Shown: positions 12,082-25,248, numbered from the whole stretch's first letter. The stretch is DNA of 63,960 nucleotides, filler included, from Lama guanicoe (GCA_013239625.1; 180 parts of 180 records of this genome joined end to end with filler, not necessarily neighbours in it), one strand, 5' to 3'. Notes: a model not told the origin generated them from the sequence alone. Translations and numbers: made by a program.

Positions 12082-12334
12082 GAGTTGGAGCTTGTACCTC
12101 CCCATATATATGAATGTAGTGGAGTTTGCAACTGCAAGAATATTTGTGTTCCCTTCTAGCTAGGTGAAGGGCGCCTTTCACACACACTTCTCTTTCAGAA
12201 CTCAGCATGAGGAGAGATGTTCGTTAATCCAGCACAAAGGGAACGTGTAGCAGGAGAAATAATTACTCTGGTTCTCAGTCTGTTTCCTAGTGCCGGTTTG
12301 ATGTTCCTGCCGTTTTCAAAGTAAAACCGAGTTG
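12082..12334 (-). repeat. Satellite monomer, about 247 bp, same family as 8525-8778
   Basis: Begins and ends with GAGTTG. Its reverse complement shares TTCACCTAGCT, GAAGGGAACA, GTACAAGCTCCAA, CTAGGAAACA, AACCAGAGTAA and CCTTTGTGCTGGAT with 8525-8778. Confidence 0.85.
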
Positions 12335-14569
12335 NNNNNNNNNNNNNNNNNNNNNNNNNNNNNNNNNNNNNNNNNNNNTTAATTAATTAANNNNNNNNNN
12401 NNNNNNNNNNNNNNNNNNNNNNNNNNNNNNNNNNGAGGGAGGAGTGGGGGTGGGTGGTGGGAGGTCTCTGCTTCTCTTGCCTTTGATGCCAAAATCCATT
12501 CATTGAACTCAAATAATGGCTGGAGCTGATGGTGCTGACTGAATTCCCTCCCCCAGGGTCCTGGATCCCTCCCCTTTCCACACCCCTCCCCTCTTACCCT
12601 GAGACCCACCCTCCACCATTCCTCCACCCACTTCTTCCAAGACCCTCCCTCCTGACCGGTCCTCCACCTGCCCTATGACCCCACCTCTCTNNNNNNNNNN
12701 NNNNNNNNNNNNNNNNNNNNNNNNNNNNNNNNNNTTAATTAATTAANNNNNNNNNNNNNNNNNNNNNNNNNNNNNNNNNNNNNNNNNNNNTTTTTTCATT
12801 TTTCAAAAAAAAAAATTACTCTGAAAGAATTCTCGGTCCAGGTCCCATCTCCTCCACTAACAAGCAATGAGACCGTCTGTGGTCCCCCCTGCCTCCACGG
12901 GCCTGAGCTTCCCCACTGCCGCCCGCAGGGACTGGTAGCTCCCAGTTGTCAGCCCTGCGGACGCCACACACAGGTGGGCCAGATCCACGCCTCATCAGGT
13001 GGCATTTTCCAGCCAGAATGAAGCTAAACCAGATGTTTCACATGGANNNNNNNNNNNNNNNNNNNNNNNNNNNNNNNNNNNNNNNNNNNNTTAATTAATT
13101 AANNNNNNNNNNNNNNNNNNNNNNNNNNNNNNNNNNNNNNNNNNNNCTGTTTTCCTTGGATTGTCAGTACGTGGAGTGTGTCCACTTTCAGCAAGTCACG
13201 GCCATTTGTCTAGTTCTACTCAAAGAAATGTGAACAGAAGGAGTATGATTCTCCTGCTCTTTTTTATTGCTCCAATGGCCAAGAGTCCTGGCTGGCTTGA
13301 CTAAAACAGGGTACCACCAATGGGGTGGCTTTGACAAACAGTCACTGCTCACAGTTCTGGAAGCAGGAAGTCCAACACAGGGCACTAGTGTGGTCACATT
13401 TTNNNNNNNNNNNNNNNNNNNNNNNNNNNNNNNNNNNNNNNNNNNNTTAATTAATTAANNNNNNNNNNNNNNNNNNNNNNNNNNNNNNNNNNNNNNNNNN
13501 NNCTTGGAAGAGTTAGATATTTAGTTCTTTGAAAGATATGCTGTTGGAAAGATTCTTATCTTTTATAAGGATAGATTTAAATCCTGTTTTTGAGCAAAAA
13601 CATTATGAACAATTATGACAGCAATCAGTAAATGATAGCAGCTCAAAAATGAGGAGATGCTAGGGCGGTTCCTCAAACAGGAGAGCAATGCTGATTGATC
13701 TCCAGCAGGCTGTGGGCTCCCTCTGGGGTGTGGTCTGTAACTTTCCTGATGATCTTACNNNNNNNNNNNNNNNNNNNNNNNNNNNNNNNNNNNNNNNNNN
13801 NNTTAATTAATTAANNNNNNNNNNNNNNNNNNNNNNNNNNNNNNNNNNNNNNNNNNNNTCCAGCCATAAAAGAAGAGCCTCCTGTTAGTCCAGAATCAAT
13901 GGTGCAGGCCAGTCCACATTAACCTTTTTTGGTTTCCAGGTAGCTCCAGTGAGTCAGGAGACCCACAGACTCTATGTTACTCACGTCCTAACAAACCCCA
14001 CCTCATTTCAAGGGATAGTGAGATTACATTTAGACGACGCTTCAAACTAAATTTGTTCAACAATCCATGCATTTTCACACCAGGCATTTCTATAAATAGG
14101 AATGCCAGAGGAGCNNNNNNNNNNNNNNNNNNNNNNNNNNNNNNNNNNNNNNNNNNNNTTAATTAATTAANNNNNNNNNNNNNNNNNNNNNNNNNNNNNN
14201 NNNNNNNNNNNNNNCAATATTTCTATTAAAGATTAGAAGAAACATGTTTATAAGCACTCTGATGAGAAAGGAGATGTTTTTATTGGATAATATCTCATAA
14301 CAGAGAGACTCAATTACTAAGTCATGTACAAGGAACTTAACTAAGAAAGAACCTCTCTTTGGACTCTCCCTTGAAATAAGGAATGGTCTCTAGTCTGCTT
14401 GGATATATTTAAAAATTCAAAGCCAAGACATGGAAAAAGCCTAAATGTCCATCAACAGGTGACTGGATANNNNNNNNNNNNNNNNNNNNNNNNNNNNNNN
14501 NNNNNNNNNNNNNTTAATTAATTAANNNNNNNNNNNNNNNNNNNNNNNNNNNNNNNNNNNNNNNNNNNN

Positions 14570-14825
14570 CTTGTTGATTTTCTCTTATTGACTTTAATAT
14601 TTTCTCCTTATTATTGATTATTATGTGCCTCGGTGTGTTCCTCTTTGGGTTGATCCTGTGTAGAACTCTCTGCGCTTCCTGTTTCCTTTCCCAAGTTAGG
14701 AAAGTTTTTAGCTATTATCTCTTCAAACATTTTCTCAGGTCCTTTCTTCTCTTTCTGGGACCCCTATAATGAAAATAGTAGTGCACTTCATGTCCCAGCA
14801 TTATCTTAAACTATCCTCACTTCTT
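14570..14825 (-). mobile_element. L1 ORF1-region fragment
   Basis: TTTCCCAAGTTAGGAAAGTTTTTAGCTATTATCTCTTCAAA...TTCTGGGACCCCTATAAT is a typical antisense L1 ORF1 segment. Confidence 0.8.
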
Positions 14826-15637
14826 NNNNNNNNNNNNNNNNNNNNNNNNNNNNNNNNNNNNNNNNNNNNTTAATTAATTAANNNNNNNNNNNNNNNNNNN
14901 NNNNNNNNNNNNNNNNNNNNNNNNNCCAGATGGAGGGCAATAGAGAAGCAACCCTTGTTTACACTTGGAATTCATTTGAATGGCAATGCAGTTGGTGCTT
15001 TGGGGGACACTGGACAAAAAGCCCCAGCAAGCATTGGAGTTGGGTGAGAAGACAGCATGAGACCCAAGAACCAACAGAATTATGTCCTGGGTCTTATCCG
15101 GTTACCGGACAGCACACTTGGTGTCCCCGAGCCTCGGTGACCTACTGGGCACACTTACCGCGTGACTGTCCCAAGGATGGGNNNNNNNNNNNNNNNNNNN
15201 NNNNNNNNNNNNNNNNNNNNNNNNNTTAATTAATTAANNNNNNNNNNNNNNNNNNNNNNNNNNNNNNNNNNNNNNNNNNNNACTTTTGGGTATGCCCAAG
15301 TGTCGTTGGCTTATTATATGTATAATACAAATGATAATTGAAACTGTGGCTTGAAGTGACCTTAGTGTGTTTTCTTCCGTAGGATGAACAAGATAAGCAT
15401 GGAGGCGCCAAAATTTTTATCTAGAAGCAATGAAAGAAATAGTTACTCTAAATACATAAACTTAAGTGAGAGTGGAAGATAAAAATTCAGTTGATTTTGG
15501 TATTAGATCCCAAGTATTGTTATTGTAATGCAATGGCNNNNNNNNNNNNNNNNNNNNNNNNNNNNNNNNNNNNNNNNNNNNTTAATTAATTAANNNNNNN
15601 NNNNNNNNNNNNNNNNNNNNNNNNNNNNNNNNNNNNN

Positions 15638-15893
15638 TATGAAAGCACTATGAGCTGTTATGTGACAACCAAATGGAAGACCTAAAAGAAATGGACAAAT
15701 TTCTAGAAACGTACAGCCCTCCAACACTGAATAAAGTGAAAACTGAGAACATGAAAAGAGCAATCAATATAAGTTAAGTAAAATGTATAATTTTAAAAAC
15801 ACCCCTTGAACAAAATGTGTGGATGCCTTCACTAAAACCTCTTTCCCCCAACTATTTTAAAAAATGAAGGAGGAAGGAAAATTCCCAAAGTTA
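15638..15893 (+). mobile_element. L1 ORF2 fragment (degenerate)
   Basis: AAGAAATGGACAAATTTCTAGAAAC (EMDKFLE motif). Confidence 0.85.
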
Positions 15894-18485
15894 NNNNNNN
15901 NNNNNNNNNNNNNNNNNNNNNNNNNNNNNNNNNNNNNTTAATTAATTAANNNNNNNNNNNNNNNNNNNNNNNNNNNNNNNNNNNNNNNNNNNNAACTAAG
16001 GCTTCTTTAAAATTAATTTGTCATTAAAGTCTCCCAAGAGAAAGAAAAAGAGAGGAAGAGAAACAGAAAAAATTGTGAGGGAGCTGTCTTCAGACAAATA
16101 TGAAATGATTTTTGTAAAAAGCTAATTATGTTCCCTATGCAAGGAGGGGAAGAAAGTTTAGATGTAGAAAAATAAATTTGATGTAGAGACACACAAAAGG
16201 GAGTGATGTGCACATGGTTTTGACATAACTTGAATCCTTGAAAATTTTTNNNNNNNNNNNNNNNNNNNNNNNNNNNNNNNNNNNNNNNNNNNNTTAATTA
16301 ATTAANNNNNNNNNNNNNNNNNNNNNNNNNNNNNNNNNNNNNNNNNNNNCAGCCTCCTAGACCAGGTGTGGCCGGGCTGCCTGTCAGGCCTTCTGGTAGG
16401 ATCCCAGCGTTCTGCCTGCCGTAGGAGCAGGTCCCTGCCCCTCCCGTGCTCCCTGTCTTACCCAACGCAGACTGGGACGTGGCCTTCTTCTGCATCCTGG
16501 TGGCCCTTCTCCAGCTGGAGCTGGAGTCTGCTCTCAGGCTGTTCCTGTATCTCCCTGTACATGCTTAGCAAAGTGGAGATGGCCTCCTATCCTACGATGA
16601 GCCCANNNNNNNNNNNNNNNNNNNNNNNNNNNNNNNNNNNNNNNNNNNNTTAATTAATTAANNNNNNNNNNNNNNNNNNNNNNNNNNNNNNNNNNNNNNN
16701 NNNNNTGCTTGCTACCTACTGTTTTAAGACTTATTCTATCAAATAAAAAGAGAAGAAGAAAAAGAAAACACACACACAAACGCTCCTTAAAGGTTGAAAA
16801 CCCACAATGAAGCACAGCCTGGCCAGGGCCGCTAAAACCCACGTTGGCGCCGGAGACGTTCAGTCCCGTCCGATCCCTACCCCTCCTCCTCTCATATCTT
16901 AACCAAAATCATTTCAATCTCTAAGCTGTTTCTAATTAGGTGTTAATGACCTCAGAGTTGTNNNNNNNNNNNNNNNNNNNNNNNNNNNNNNNNNNNNNNN
17001 NNNNNTTAATTAATTAANNNNNNNNNNNNNNNNNNNNNNNNNNNNNNNNNNNNNNNNNNNNTCACTTTAGTTTTCTTTCCCTCTCTTTGGCTTGACACCT
17101 GCTTTTACATGAGGCAAATTTGCGTTGATCTTTTTCTACCTGTGTCTTCATTATGAAATTCTGGACGGAGGTGGTGCTAGCAATCAATCGTAAATACAAA
17201 TCAGTGGGGTTCAACCACGCAGGAAACGAAATGTTACAGAATTTACAGCCGAGTTGGGAAGGACCCCGCACCCCCCAGGGCTATCTACATGCAACGTGCA
17301 AGGGAGGGCAGGCTCAGNNNNNNNNNNNNNNNNNNNNNNNNNNNNNNNNNNNNNNNNNNNNTTAATTAATTAANNNNNNNNNNNNNNNNNNNNNNNNNNN
17401 NNNNNNNNNNNNNNNNNACACTGCCTCACATGTAGTCAGGGACCAGTAAGAACTGTTACCTGCTTAGACTTCGACTACCTGTACTGTGAGCCTTCTAGCT
17501 TATATACTGTTCTGGTTTCAGTCACATCTTGTCTCCCAGGTTTATTTCCTGCTGGAGGCTCTGATTCTCATGATTTGTGTATGTCCTAACTTTGATCTGC
17601 CTATTTGGCTTTGTGTGGTACATCTGTCCTTACCTTTCAGACTGATGAGCTGACTCTAGAACCATTCTTCTTCNNNNNNNNNNNNNNNNNNNNNNNNNNN
17701 NNNNNNNNNNNNNNNNNTTAATTAATTAANNNNNNNNNNNNNNNNNNNNNNNNNNNNNNNNNNNNNNNNNNNNTTAATTAGTTTGAATAACTGGAAAAAG
17801 GATTGTAAAAATGTCAAAAAAAAAAAAAAGATAACGGGCTTATCCCAAATGGATAAATATTTCTATACTGTTATTTTGAATGAGATAAATAAAATGGACA
17901 TTTTTGGATTAGGTACAAGGTTTTGATACTACACTACGTAAAGTTAAGAAAAAGGGCCAAAGAGATCACCTACACCCCTGAACATTAAAGTTGAAACAAG
18001 CCCGTTTTATTCACCACAGTTTAAAATATNNNNNNNNNNNNNNNNNNNNNNNNNNNNNNNNNNNNNNNNNNNNTTAATTAATTAANNNNNNNNNNNNNNN
18101 NNNNNNNNNNNNNNNNNNNNNNNNNNNNNACCAATCCCAATGTATACTTTACTGTCTCTTGCTCTTGGTACAGTTTTGAAGAGCTACTTGTCTTTGTTAT
18201 AGGCTTATGCCATTTATTCTCTTCATAGGGTTGAATATGTCATTCGTTCCTCATGTTGAAAGGCTTGTAAGTATATGTCACGGACCTTGAATCCATTTTA
18301 TTCAAAATATGCATTTCATCTAGGTAATGTTGTGCACTTATGAATCAATATTTATGAATATTAATGCATGCATCTGTTTTCTGAANNNNNNNNNNNNNNN
18401 NNNNNNNNNNNNNNNNNNNNNNNNNNNNNTTAATTAATTAANNNNNNNNNNNNNNNNNNNNNNNNNNNNNNNNNNNNNNNNNNNN

Positions 18486-18741
18486 AATGATGTACTCTGC
18501 TGCTGAATCCAGCCCACTGCTGGGTCTTAGAGGCCTCATCCCTGTTTCCTTTGCAAACCAGAGGTTAGTAGGTGGGGGTGCTGGAGCATTTCTGCTCAAT
18601 GCAGGACCCCTCTAATGGGCAATCTGCTCTGAAGCACCCCATGATATTATCCAAGACTGTGTGCAAGCCACTCACAGTTTGAGGCTCTCTGTTCTCTCCT
18701 GCTGACTTCCCTCTTTCCCTTCCCAAGGGTCAGATCAGCAT
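18486..18741. mobile_element. ERVL LTR fragment, LTR16-like
   Basis: CATTTCTGCTCAATGCAGGACCCCTCTAATGGGCAATCT resembles the recalled LTR16 family. Confidence 0.5.
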
Positions 18742-19339
18742 NNNNNNNNNNNNNNNNNNNNNNNNNNNNNNNNNNNNNNNNNNNNTTAATTAATTAANNN
18801 NNNNNNNNNNNNNNNNNNNNNNNNNNNNNNNNNNNNNNNNNCTCTCATCCCAGACTGAGCTATGAATGCCAACCTCTTTGCTAAGAATCTGTTTCTGTTT
18901 ATCTGAGATCATTTTCTATTTCCTTTGTTATGGCCAATGTCACAGCAATACATATGTCTATCAGAGCACTTTTATTTTCATACCACATATGTTTATTATG
19001 TCTAATCTCTACATCCCCAAAGATAAGAAACTATTCTTAAAAAAAAAGATCATTTTTGCATTCCTAGCACCCAGCAAATCACCTGACACATATCAGANNN
19101 NNNNNNNNNNNNNNNNNNNNNNNNNNNNNNNNNNNNNNNNNTTAATTAATTAANNNNNNNNNNNNNNNNNNNNNNNNNNNNNNNNNNNNNNNNNNNNTCA
19201 AAGGACAATTTATTCTACTTTTTGGATGCTTTTGTATAAACAAAGAGAAGCATCTCTGTGAAGTCCATTGAATTGACCAAATCATCCATGGTTAGAATTT
19301 ACTGCCTGTTCATTGCTTTAGGATTAGTGACAAATGTGT

Positions 19340-19453
19340 TCAGTGTGGGTGGCACATTCTGATTCTACCCATAGTTAACTTTTTATCCCAGAGTTTTGTC
19401 ATCGCACTTTTCATCTCTGAATTTCTCAAGGTGTATATTAAAGGGTTCAACAT
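19340..19453 (-). CDS. Olfactory receptor C-terminus (OR4 family, OR4A-like), partial, includes stop; not in ORF track
   Basis: Minus strand reads MLNPLIYTLRNSEMKSAMTKLWDKKLTMGRIRMCHPH-stop, the canonical OR TM7 motif MLNPLIYTLRN. Gene versus pseudogene cannot be determined. Confidence 0.92.
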   Translation of the reverse strand: MLNPLIYTLRNSEMKSAMTKLWDKKLTMGRIRMCHPH

Positions 19454-20003
19454 NNNNNNNNNNNNNNNNNNNNNNNNNNNNNNNNNNNNNNNNNNNNTTA
19501 ATTAATTAANNNNNNNNNNNNNNNNNNNNNNNNNNNNNNNNNNNNNNNNNNNNCAGGAATTGAACCACGATAGAAACTTCTCTTTCCTTCTTTAAGAGAA
19601 CAATGCAGGCATTTATAATCCGCTGCCTTTCCTGGTTGGCTTCTTCTCAAGAAGGCCTCAGGGACCTGGCTACCCTCGGCTTCCTGGCTTTGCTATACTC
19701 AGCGTGGAACTGCACACGTGTCTACACCACTTGAGTCTACTCCACTCAGACAAGGGGAAATGAATGGTGGATGCCATGGGATGTTTTCAAGGGCCAGGAC
19801 GGTACAGGGNNNNNNNNNNNNNNNNNNNNNNNNNNNNNNNNNNNNNNNNNNNNTTAATTAATTAANNNNNNNNNNNNNNNNNNNNNNNNNNNNNNNNNNN
19901 NNNNNNNNNGGGGGGACAGTCAGTGGGCATTTCTGACCCTCAAAGTCAGTTCCCAGTCCTGCCTGAACTACGGGTCCAGGAGATAGGGGGCGTGGGGTCT
20001 AGA

Positions 20004-20165
20004 CAGTGCTTCCCAGACTTCCATGTGCATACATGTCACCGGGGATCTTGCTAAAAGGCAGGTTCTGACTCAGGAGGTCTGGGATGGGACTGAGATTCTG
20101 CATTAACAGCCAGTTCTCAGGAGATGCTGACGCAGCCCACCCACGGACCACACCTGGGGAGCAAG
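20004..20165. mobile_element. MER5A-like hAT MITE, near full length
   Basis: CAGTGCTTCCCAGACTT...GGGGATCTTGCTAAAAGGCAGGTTCTGACTCAG...GGACCACAC. Further MER5-like pieces lie near 22402, 31860, 42130 and 43110. Confidence 0.8.
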
Positions 20166-20325
20166 NNNNNNNNNNNNNNNNNNNNNNNNNNNNNNNNNNN
20201 NNNNNNNNNTTAATTAATTAANNNNNNNNNNNNNNNNNNNNNNNNNNNNNNNNNNNNNNNNNNNNCATCTGGGTGCTGTCCTGCCACACTTAGCACCCAC
20301 ATCTCCCATCAACCCTCCTCTGCAG

Positions 20326-20483
20326 GAAGCCAGTGAACATGACCAAGGCCACGGTCCACTACCGCCAGGAGAAGACCCACATGATGAGCACCATGGACCA
20401 CAGCTTCACAGACCAGAGCACCCTGAAGGAGAACGAGCGGCTGGGCCTCTCCTTCATGGATGCCCACAGCTGCAGCCCCCGGG
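20326..20483 (+). CDS. PTPRU: Receptor tyrosine phosphatase U juxtamembrane exon (158 bp), unusually diverged, possibly a duplicate or pseudogene copy
   Basis: Acceptor CCTCTGCAG (AG 20324-20325) and donor GTGAGT (20484). Encodes [52 protein letters not shown] versus recalled human [52 protein letters not shown]. Confidence 0.88.
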
Positions 20484-22757
20484 GTGAGTGCCTGCCCCTT
20501 CCCTGTGGCCCCCAGGCACTCNNNNNNNNNNNNNNNNNNNNNNNNNNNNNNNNNNNNNNNNNNNNTTAATTAATTAANNNNNNNNNNNNNNNNNNNNNNN
20601 NNNNNNNNNNNNNNNNNNNNNCTCCCTCTAATATTCCGTTTTTCTGTTTTCCTTTTTCTAGAACCTGAGAGCCTCCCCTTTCTTGCTTTCAAAGTATTGA
20701 AATTGGCAACATTTTTTTCAATTTTAAGGTTATCTTCTAGCATTTTTATATTTTTGGAAAGATAGTCTTCCATTGTCAGCCTACTTTGCCATTTTAGCCT
20801 GAACTTGATTAATTTTTAAAATTTAAAAAAAAAAACTATTGAAAAGAATTCCTTTTTAACAATAGAAACTATTGAAANNNNNNNNNNNNNNNNNNNNNNN
20901 NNNNNNNNNNNNNNNNNNNNNTTAATTAATTAANNNNNNNNNNNNNNNNNNNNNNNNNNNNNNNNNNNNNNNNNNNNAAGCAGTTCTCAAATCATGAATG
21001 CCTCCTGGCTGGCCTTTTCTAGAACCATTAGGGGCATGGTTAGTCAGCCTAAGAGGCATAGCCCAGCTGTGCTCCAGCCTTCTCAGCATTCAAAGGCCCA
21101 AGGCAAATGATAACCACCACAGACAAAGACAAGATCTGTCGGGGCCCAGCTCATTCCTCTTACGGAAGTACAGGGACTGGATTTATTCACAGGGACTGCT
21201 GTGTTTCCCTGTCCAAGCCAGGGGTCAGTCATGNNNNNNNNNNNNNNNNNNNNNNNNNNNNNNNNNNNNNNNNNNNNTTAATTAATTAANNNNNNNNNNN
21301 NNNNNNNNNNNNNNNNNNNNNNNNNNNNNNNNNAAAATCTCTTTCATGTTTTGATATAAAATAATTATTTGCACCAATGACATTGATAGCTAGAGATTTA
21401 GCATTAGCACAAATAAAATTTTCCAAAGTCAGGGTTTCATCAAGTAATTCCTGGGGCAGGAACCCATCAAATTAAATGTGTTAGCTGGAATAATGTTGAA
21501 TTAGAATAAGAAAATCACTTAAATAAAATGAATTTTTAAAAAAAGTTAGATCAATTAATTACACCCCTTTTTAGCTCTGTTACAATCACNNNNNNNNNNN
21601 NNNNNNNNNNNNNNNNNNNNNNNNNNNNNNNNNTTAATTAATTAANNNNNNNNNNNNNNNNNNNNNNNNNNNNNNNNNNNNNNNNNNNNCCCCACGCTCA
21701 GGATTCCGGAAGCATTGTCAGTGCATGGGGGAGCTCGAAAGACAACTCCACTCAGCTCTCTTCTGTCACAGGTGTTCCCAGTTGGGGAAGTCCGAGAAAT
21801 ACCTTCCATGACCTTGGGGAGGCAGCCCCTTTCACTGGGATATCCTGCAAACCCCCCTTGCATTCTCTGGCACAGAGACATCAGGAAAACCCTCAGGGGA
21901 GACGAGATTAGGCTTTCCGTTAAAACCCACGCGCTGCCGACCGTTNNNNNNNNNNNNNNNNNNNNNNNNNNNNNNNNNNNNNNNNNNNNTTAATTAATTA
22001 ANNNNNNNNNNNNNNNNNNNNNNNNNNNNNNNNNNNNNNNNNNNNTAAGGCCTGTGGGTCTCTCTAGGGATCACCTGCACTGATGGATCGTGAGCTCCAG
22101 CTGTCTGACTGCGGTGCCCGTTGGGGGGGGGTAGGGAGTGGGTGGGGCACAAGCTGCTGGGCTGCTGGGCATCTCAGTAGTTTCCTCTGCAGTTAACGGA
22201 TGACCCTTGGGGTAGGTGGACCCAGTCCTGGGCTTCCTTCTTCTCCATCTTGGCCTCATTTTCCTTCCTGGCTTGTTAGAAATTTGGTAATTGTGGAGGT
22301 CNNNNNNNNNNNNNNNNNNNNNNNNNNNNNNNNNNNNNNNNNNNNTTAATTAATTAANNNNNNNNNNNNNNNNNNNNNNNNNNNNNNNNNNNNNNNNNNN
22401 NGATGTCTCAGAGATTTTAATTTATCTGGAGTGTGGCCTGATCATCAGGATTTTTAAAAGCTTCTTAGGTGGTTTCAATGTGCAGCAAACTTTGAGAAGG
22501 ACTGATGCAAATGTTAGTCATGGTCAGGCGGGACAGAGTTCAGGACAGGAGGCTGTCATCATGGGTAAAGTCTAAGGGGAAATACTGGTTTTGGCAACAC
22601 AGTAGAAGAGGTTTTCACCCCCATGTGGTATAGCACAACTAAAATGCTAGATAAAATNNNNNNNNNNNNNNNNNNNNNNNNNNNNNNNNNNNNNNNNNNN
22701 NTTAATTAATTAANNNNNNNNNNNNNNNNNNNNNNNNNNNNNNNNNNNNNNNNNNNN

Positions 22758-23012
22758 GTATTCTATATTCTACATTCTGTGTTCTACATTCTATATTCTA
22801 CATTTAGTTCTGTATTCTATATTCTATATCCTGTGTTCTGTTTTCCATGTTATAAATTCTGTTTTCTGTATTTTCAATACTATAATCTATATTCTGTGTT
22901 CTAAATTCAATATTCTTCATTCTGTATTCTGTATTCTATATTCAAATTCTAAGTTCTGAAATCCATGTTCTAAATTCTGTATCTGTATTCTGTATTCTAT
23001 ATTCTATATTAT
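22758..23012 (+). repeat. Degenerate heptamer satellite (TTCTRTA/TTCTGTG/TTCTAAA)n
   Basis: The whole contig parses into about 7-nt units starting TTC; same family at 35571-35825. Confidence 0.9.
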
Positions 23013-23824
23013 NNNNNNNNNNNNNNNNNNNNNNNNNNNNNNNNNNNNNNNNNNNNTTAATTAATTAANNNNNNNNNNNNNNNNNNNNNNNNNNNNNNNN
23101 NNNNNNNNNNNNAATAATCTGTGAGAAAGCACTCCCCTGACAACCCAGGTCACGGATGGGGTAACTGAGACGTGAAGGGCTGAGCAGCTTGGTCCCAGGA
23201 AGAAGAAGAATGTGGCAACTCGGCAGCAAACCAAGTTCTCTCCAGCCCAGAACCCCCGATCTTCAGCACCTTCCTGTGGCCTCCCAATGTGCTTTCAGCT
23301 TAGACATGACATTTCCAGTTGTGCAGGAAAGCCCTCTATCCTATTTGAAACACAAGTGACTGATATTGNNNNNNNNNNNNNNNNNNNNNNNNNNNNNNNN
23401 NNNNNNNNNNNNTTAATTAATTAANNNNNNNNNNNNNNNNNNNNNNNNNNNNNNNNNNNNNNNNNNNNCATTTTTAGAAAAAAATGACTAACCGAAATCA
23501 CCACTAATAAAAAAAAAATTGGCACTATTACCAGCTTGGTGAGAAGTCTTTAAAAAGATCTTTGCATTCCCCACTTATTTAAATGGCTCAAGAAATGAGA
23601 TTCTCTTCACTTCAAGTGCTTGTAGTCAGAACGGTCTGCTCTAGAGATGTGTTGCCTGAGCTGTGGGTCATCCCTGCCCCAGGTTAGGGACCGTCCCTCC
23701 TAGGAGGAGCTAACTTCTCTTACGNNNNNNNNNNNNNNNNNNNNNNNNNNNNNNNNNNNNNNNNNNNNTTAATTAATTAANNNNNNNNNNNNNNNNNNNN
23801 NNNNNNNNNNNNNNNNNNNNNNNN

Positions 23825-24080
23825 TTGCCTTTTCAGTAGAGCCGTTCTGGTGGGTGTGAAGTGGTACCTCGCCGTGGGTCTCATTGGCGTTTCCCTGATG
23901 ACTAAAGATGCTGAGCGCCTTTTCGTGGGCTCATCAGTCCCCGGGACAGGTTCTTCGGAGAAGTGTCTCTTCAAAGCCTTTGATCATTTTTAAATTGGCT
24001 TATTTGTTTTCTTTAATTGTTGACATACAGTAATTCTTTATATCCTTTGAATCACAACAGGTTTTAATCTTGAGGAAGTC
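23825..24080 (-). mobile_element. L1 ORF2 3' fragment
   Basis: ORF 23777-23974 gives MKRHFSEE...SASLVIRETPMRPTARYHFTPTR, an L1 ORF2 C-terminal motif. Confidence 0.88.
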
Positions 24081-24270
24081 NNNNNNNNNNNNNNNNNNNN
24101 NNNNNNNNNNNNNNNNNNNNNNNNTTAATTAATTAANNNNNNNNNNNNNNNNNNNNNNNNNNNNNNNNNNNNNNNNNNNNACTGGTTGAGAGTTTAAGTT
24201 AAAACCTCACCTGGAGGTCTTGTGGTTCTTATGTCTCATTAACTTGTGTCATCTACTGTTGTGGATACAG

Positions 24271-24433
24271 GTTCAGTAAGAAGAACCAGGACAGCATAAA
24301 TCCTTACACATACCTGCCTTTTGGAACTGGACCCCGAAACTGCATCGGCATGAGGTTTGCTATGATGAACATGAAACTTGCGCTCACCAAAGTCCTGCAG
24401 AACTTCTCCTTCAAACCTTGTAAAGAAACACAG
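24271..24433 (+). CDS. CYP3A: Cytochrome P450 3A heme-binding exon (163 bp, equivalent to exon 12); not in ORF track
   Basis: AG at 24269-24270 and GT at 24434-24435. Encodes [54 protein letters not shown] with an intact FxxGxRxCxG heme motif. Symbol is subfamily level only. Confidence 0.96.
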
Positions 24434-25248
24434 GTCNNNNNNNNNNNNNNNNNNNNNNNNNNNNNNNNNNNNNNNNNNNNTTAATTAATTAANNNNNNNN
24501 NNNNNNNNNNNNNNNNNNNNNNNNNNNNNNNNNNNNTCATCATGACTATAAAATACCAATCATCATTTTATGACTCTTTAAAAGTTATTGAATAACATCT
24601 ATAGTTACATATGGTTTCTACTTATGTTTTAAAGTTTGAATACTTTTATTTCCAAGGATACAATAATTTGAAATTGTAGCTCATGTTAAAACTAGTCATT
24701 TGAATTACAAGGAGATTCGGTTCTTTGGCTAATCACTTAAACCTTTCTGTGTTTAAATTTAGTAACAATTTCTCTTGGTGGTTCTGCTTCAANNNNNNNN
24801 NNNNNNNNNNNNNNNNNNNNNNNNNNNNNNNNNNNNTTAATTAATTAANNNNNNNNNNNNNNNNNNNNNNNNNNNNNNNNNNNNNNNNNNNNATACACTA
24901 ACAGGGGGAGTGTAAATTGGTGCAATAAAAAAACCGAAAAACAATGTGTTATTATCTAGTAAAGTTGGAGGTTGTCATGCCCAGCAATTCAACCCCTAGG
25001 AGAAATCCTGTACTTGAGCACTGGAAGAGTCAAGAATGTTCACAGTAGCACCATCATAATAGACCCAAATCGGAAACAACCTAAATGTCCATCAAGAGTA
25101 GTACAGCTAGGAACGATTTGAGAGAAAGCTAAATAAGTAACATAGGACNNNNNNNNNNNNNNNNNNNNNNNNNNNNNNNNNNNNNNNNNNNNTTAATTAA
25201 TTAANNNNNNNNNNNNNNNNNNNNNNNNNNNNNNNNNNNNNNNNNNNN

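Noticed and set aside
16838..16852. Minus-strand resemblance to a tRNA-Lys primer binding site (CGGCGCCAACGTGGG)
   Set aside because: It lacks the TGG start, has a 1-nt deletion, and is not preceded by an LTR ending in CA.
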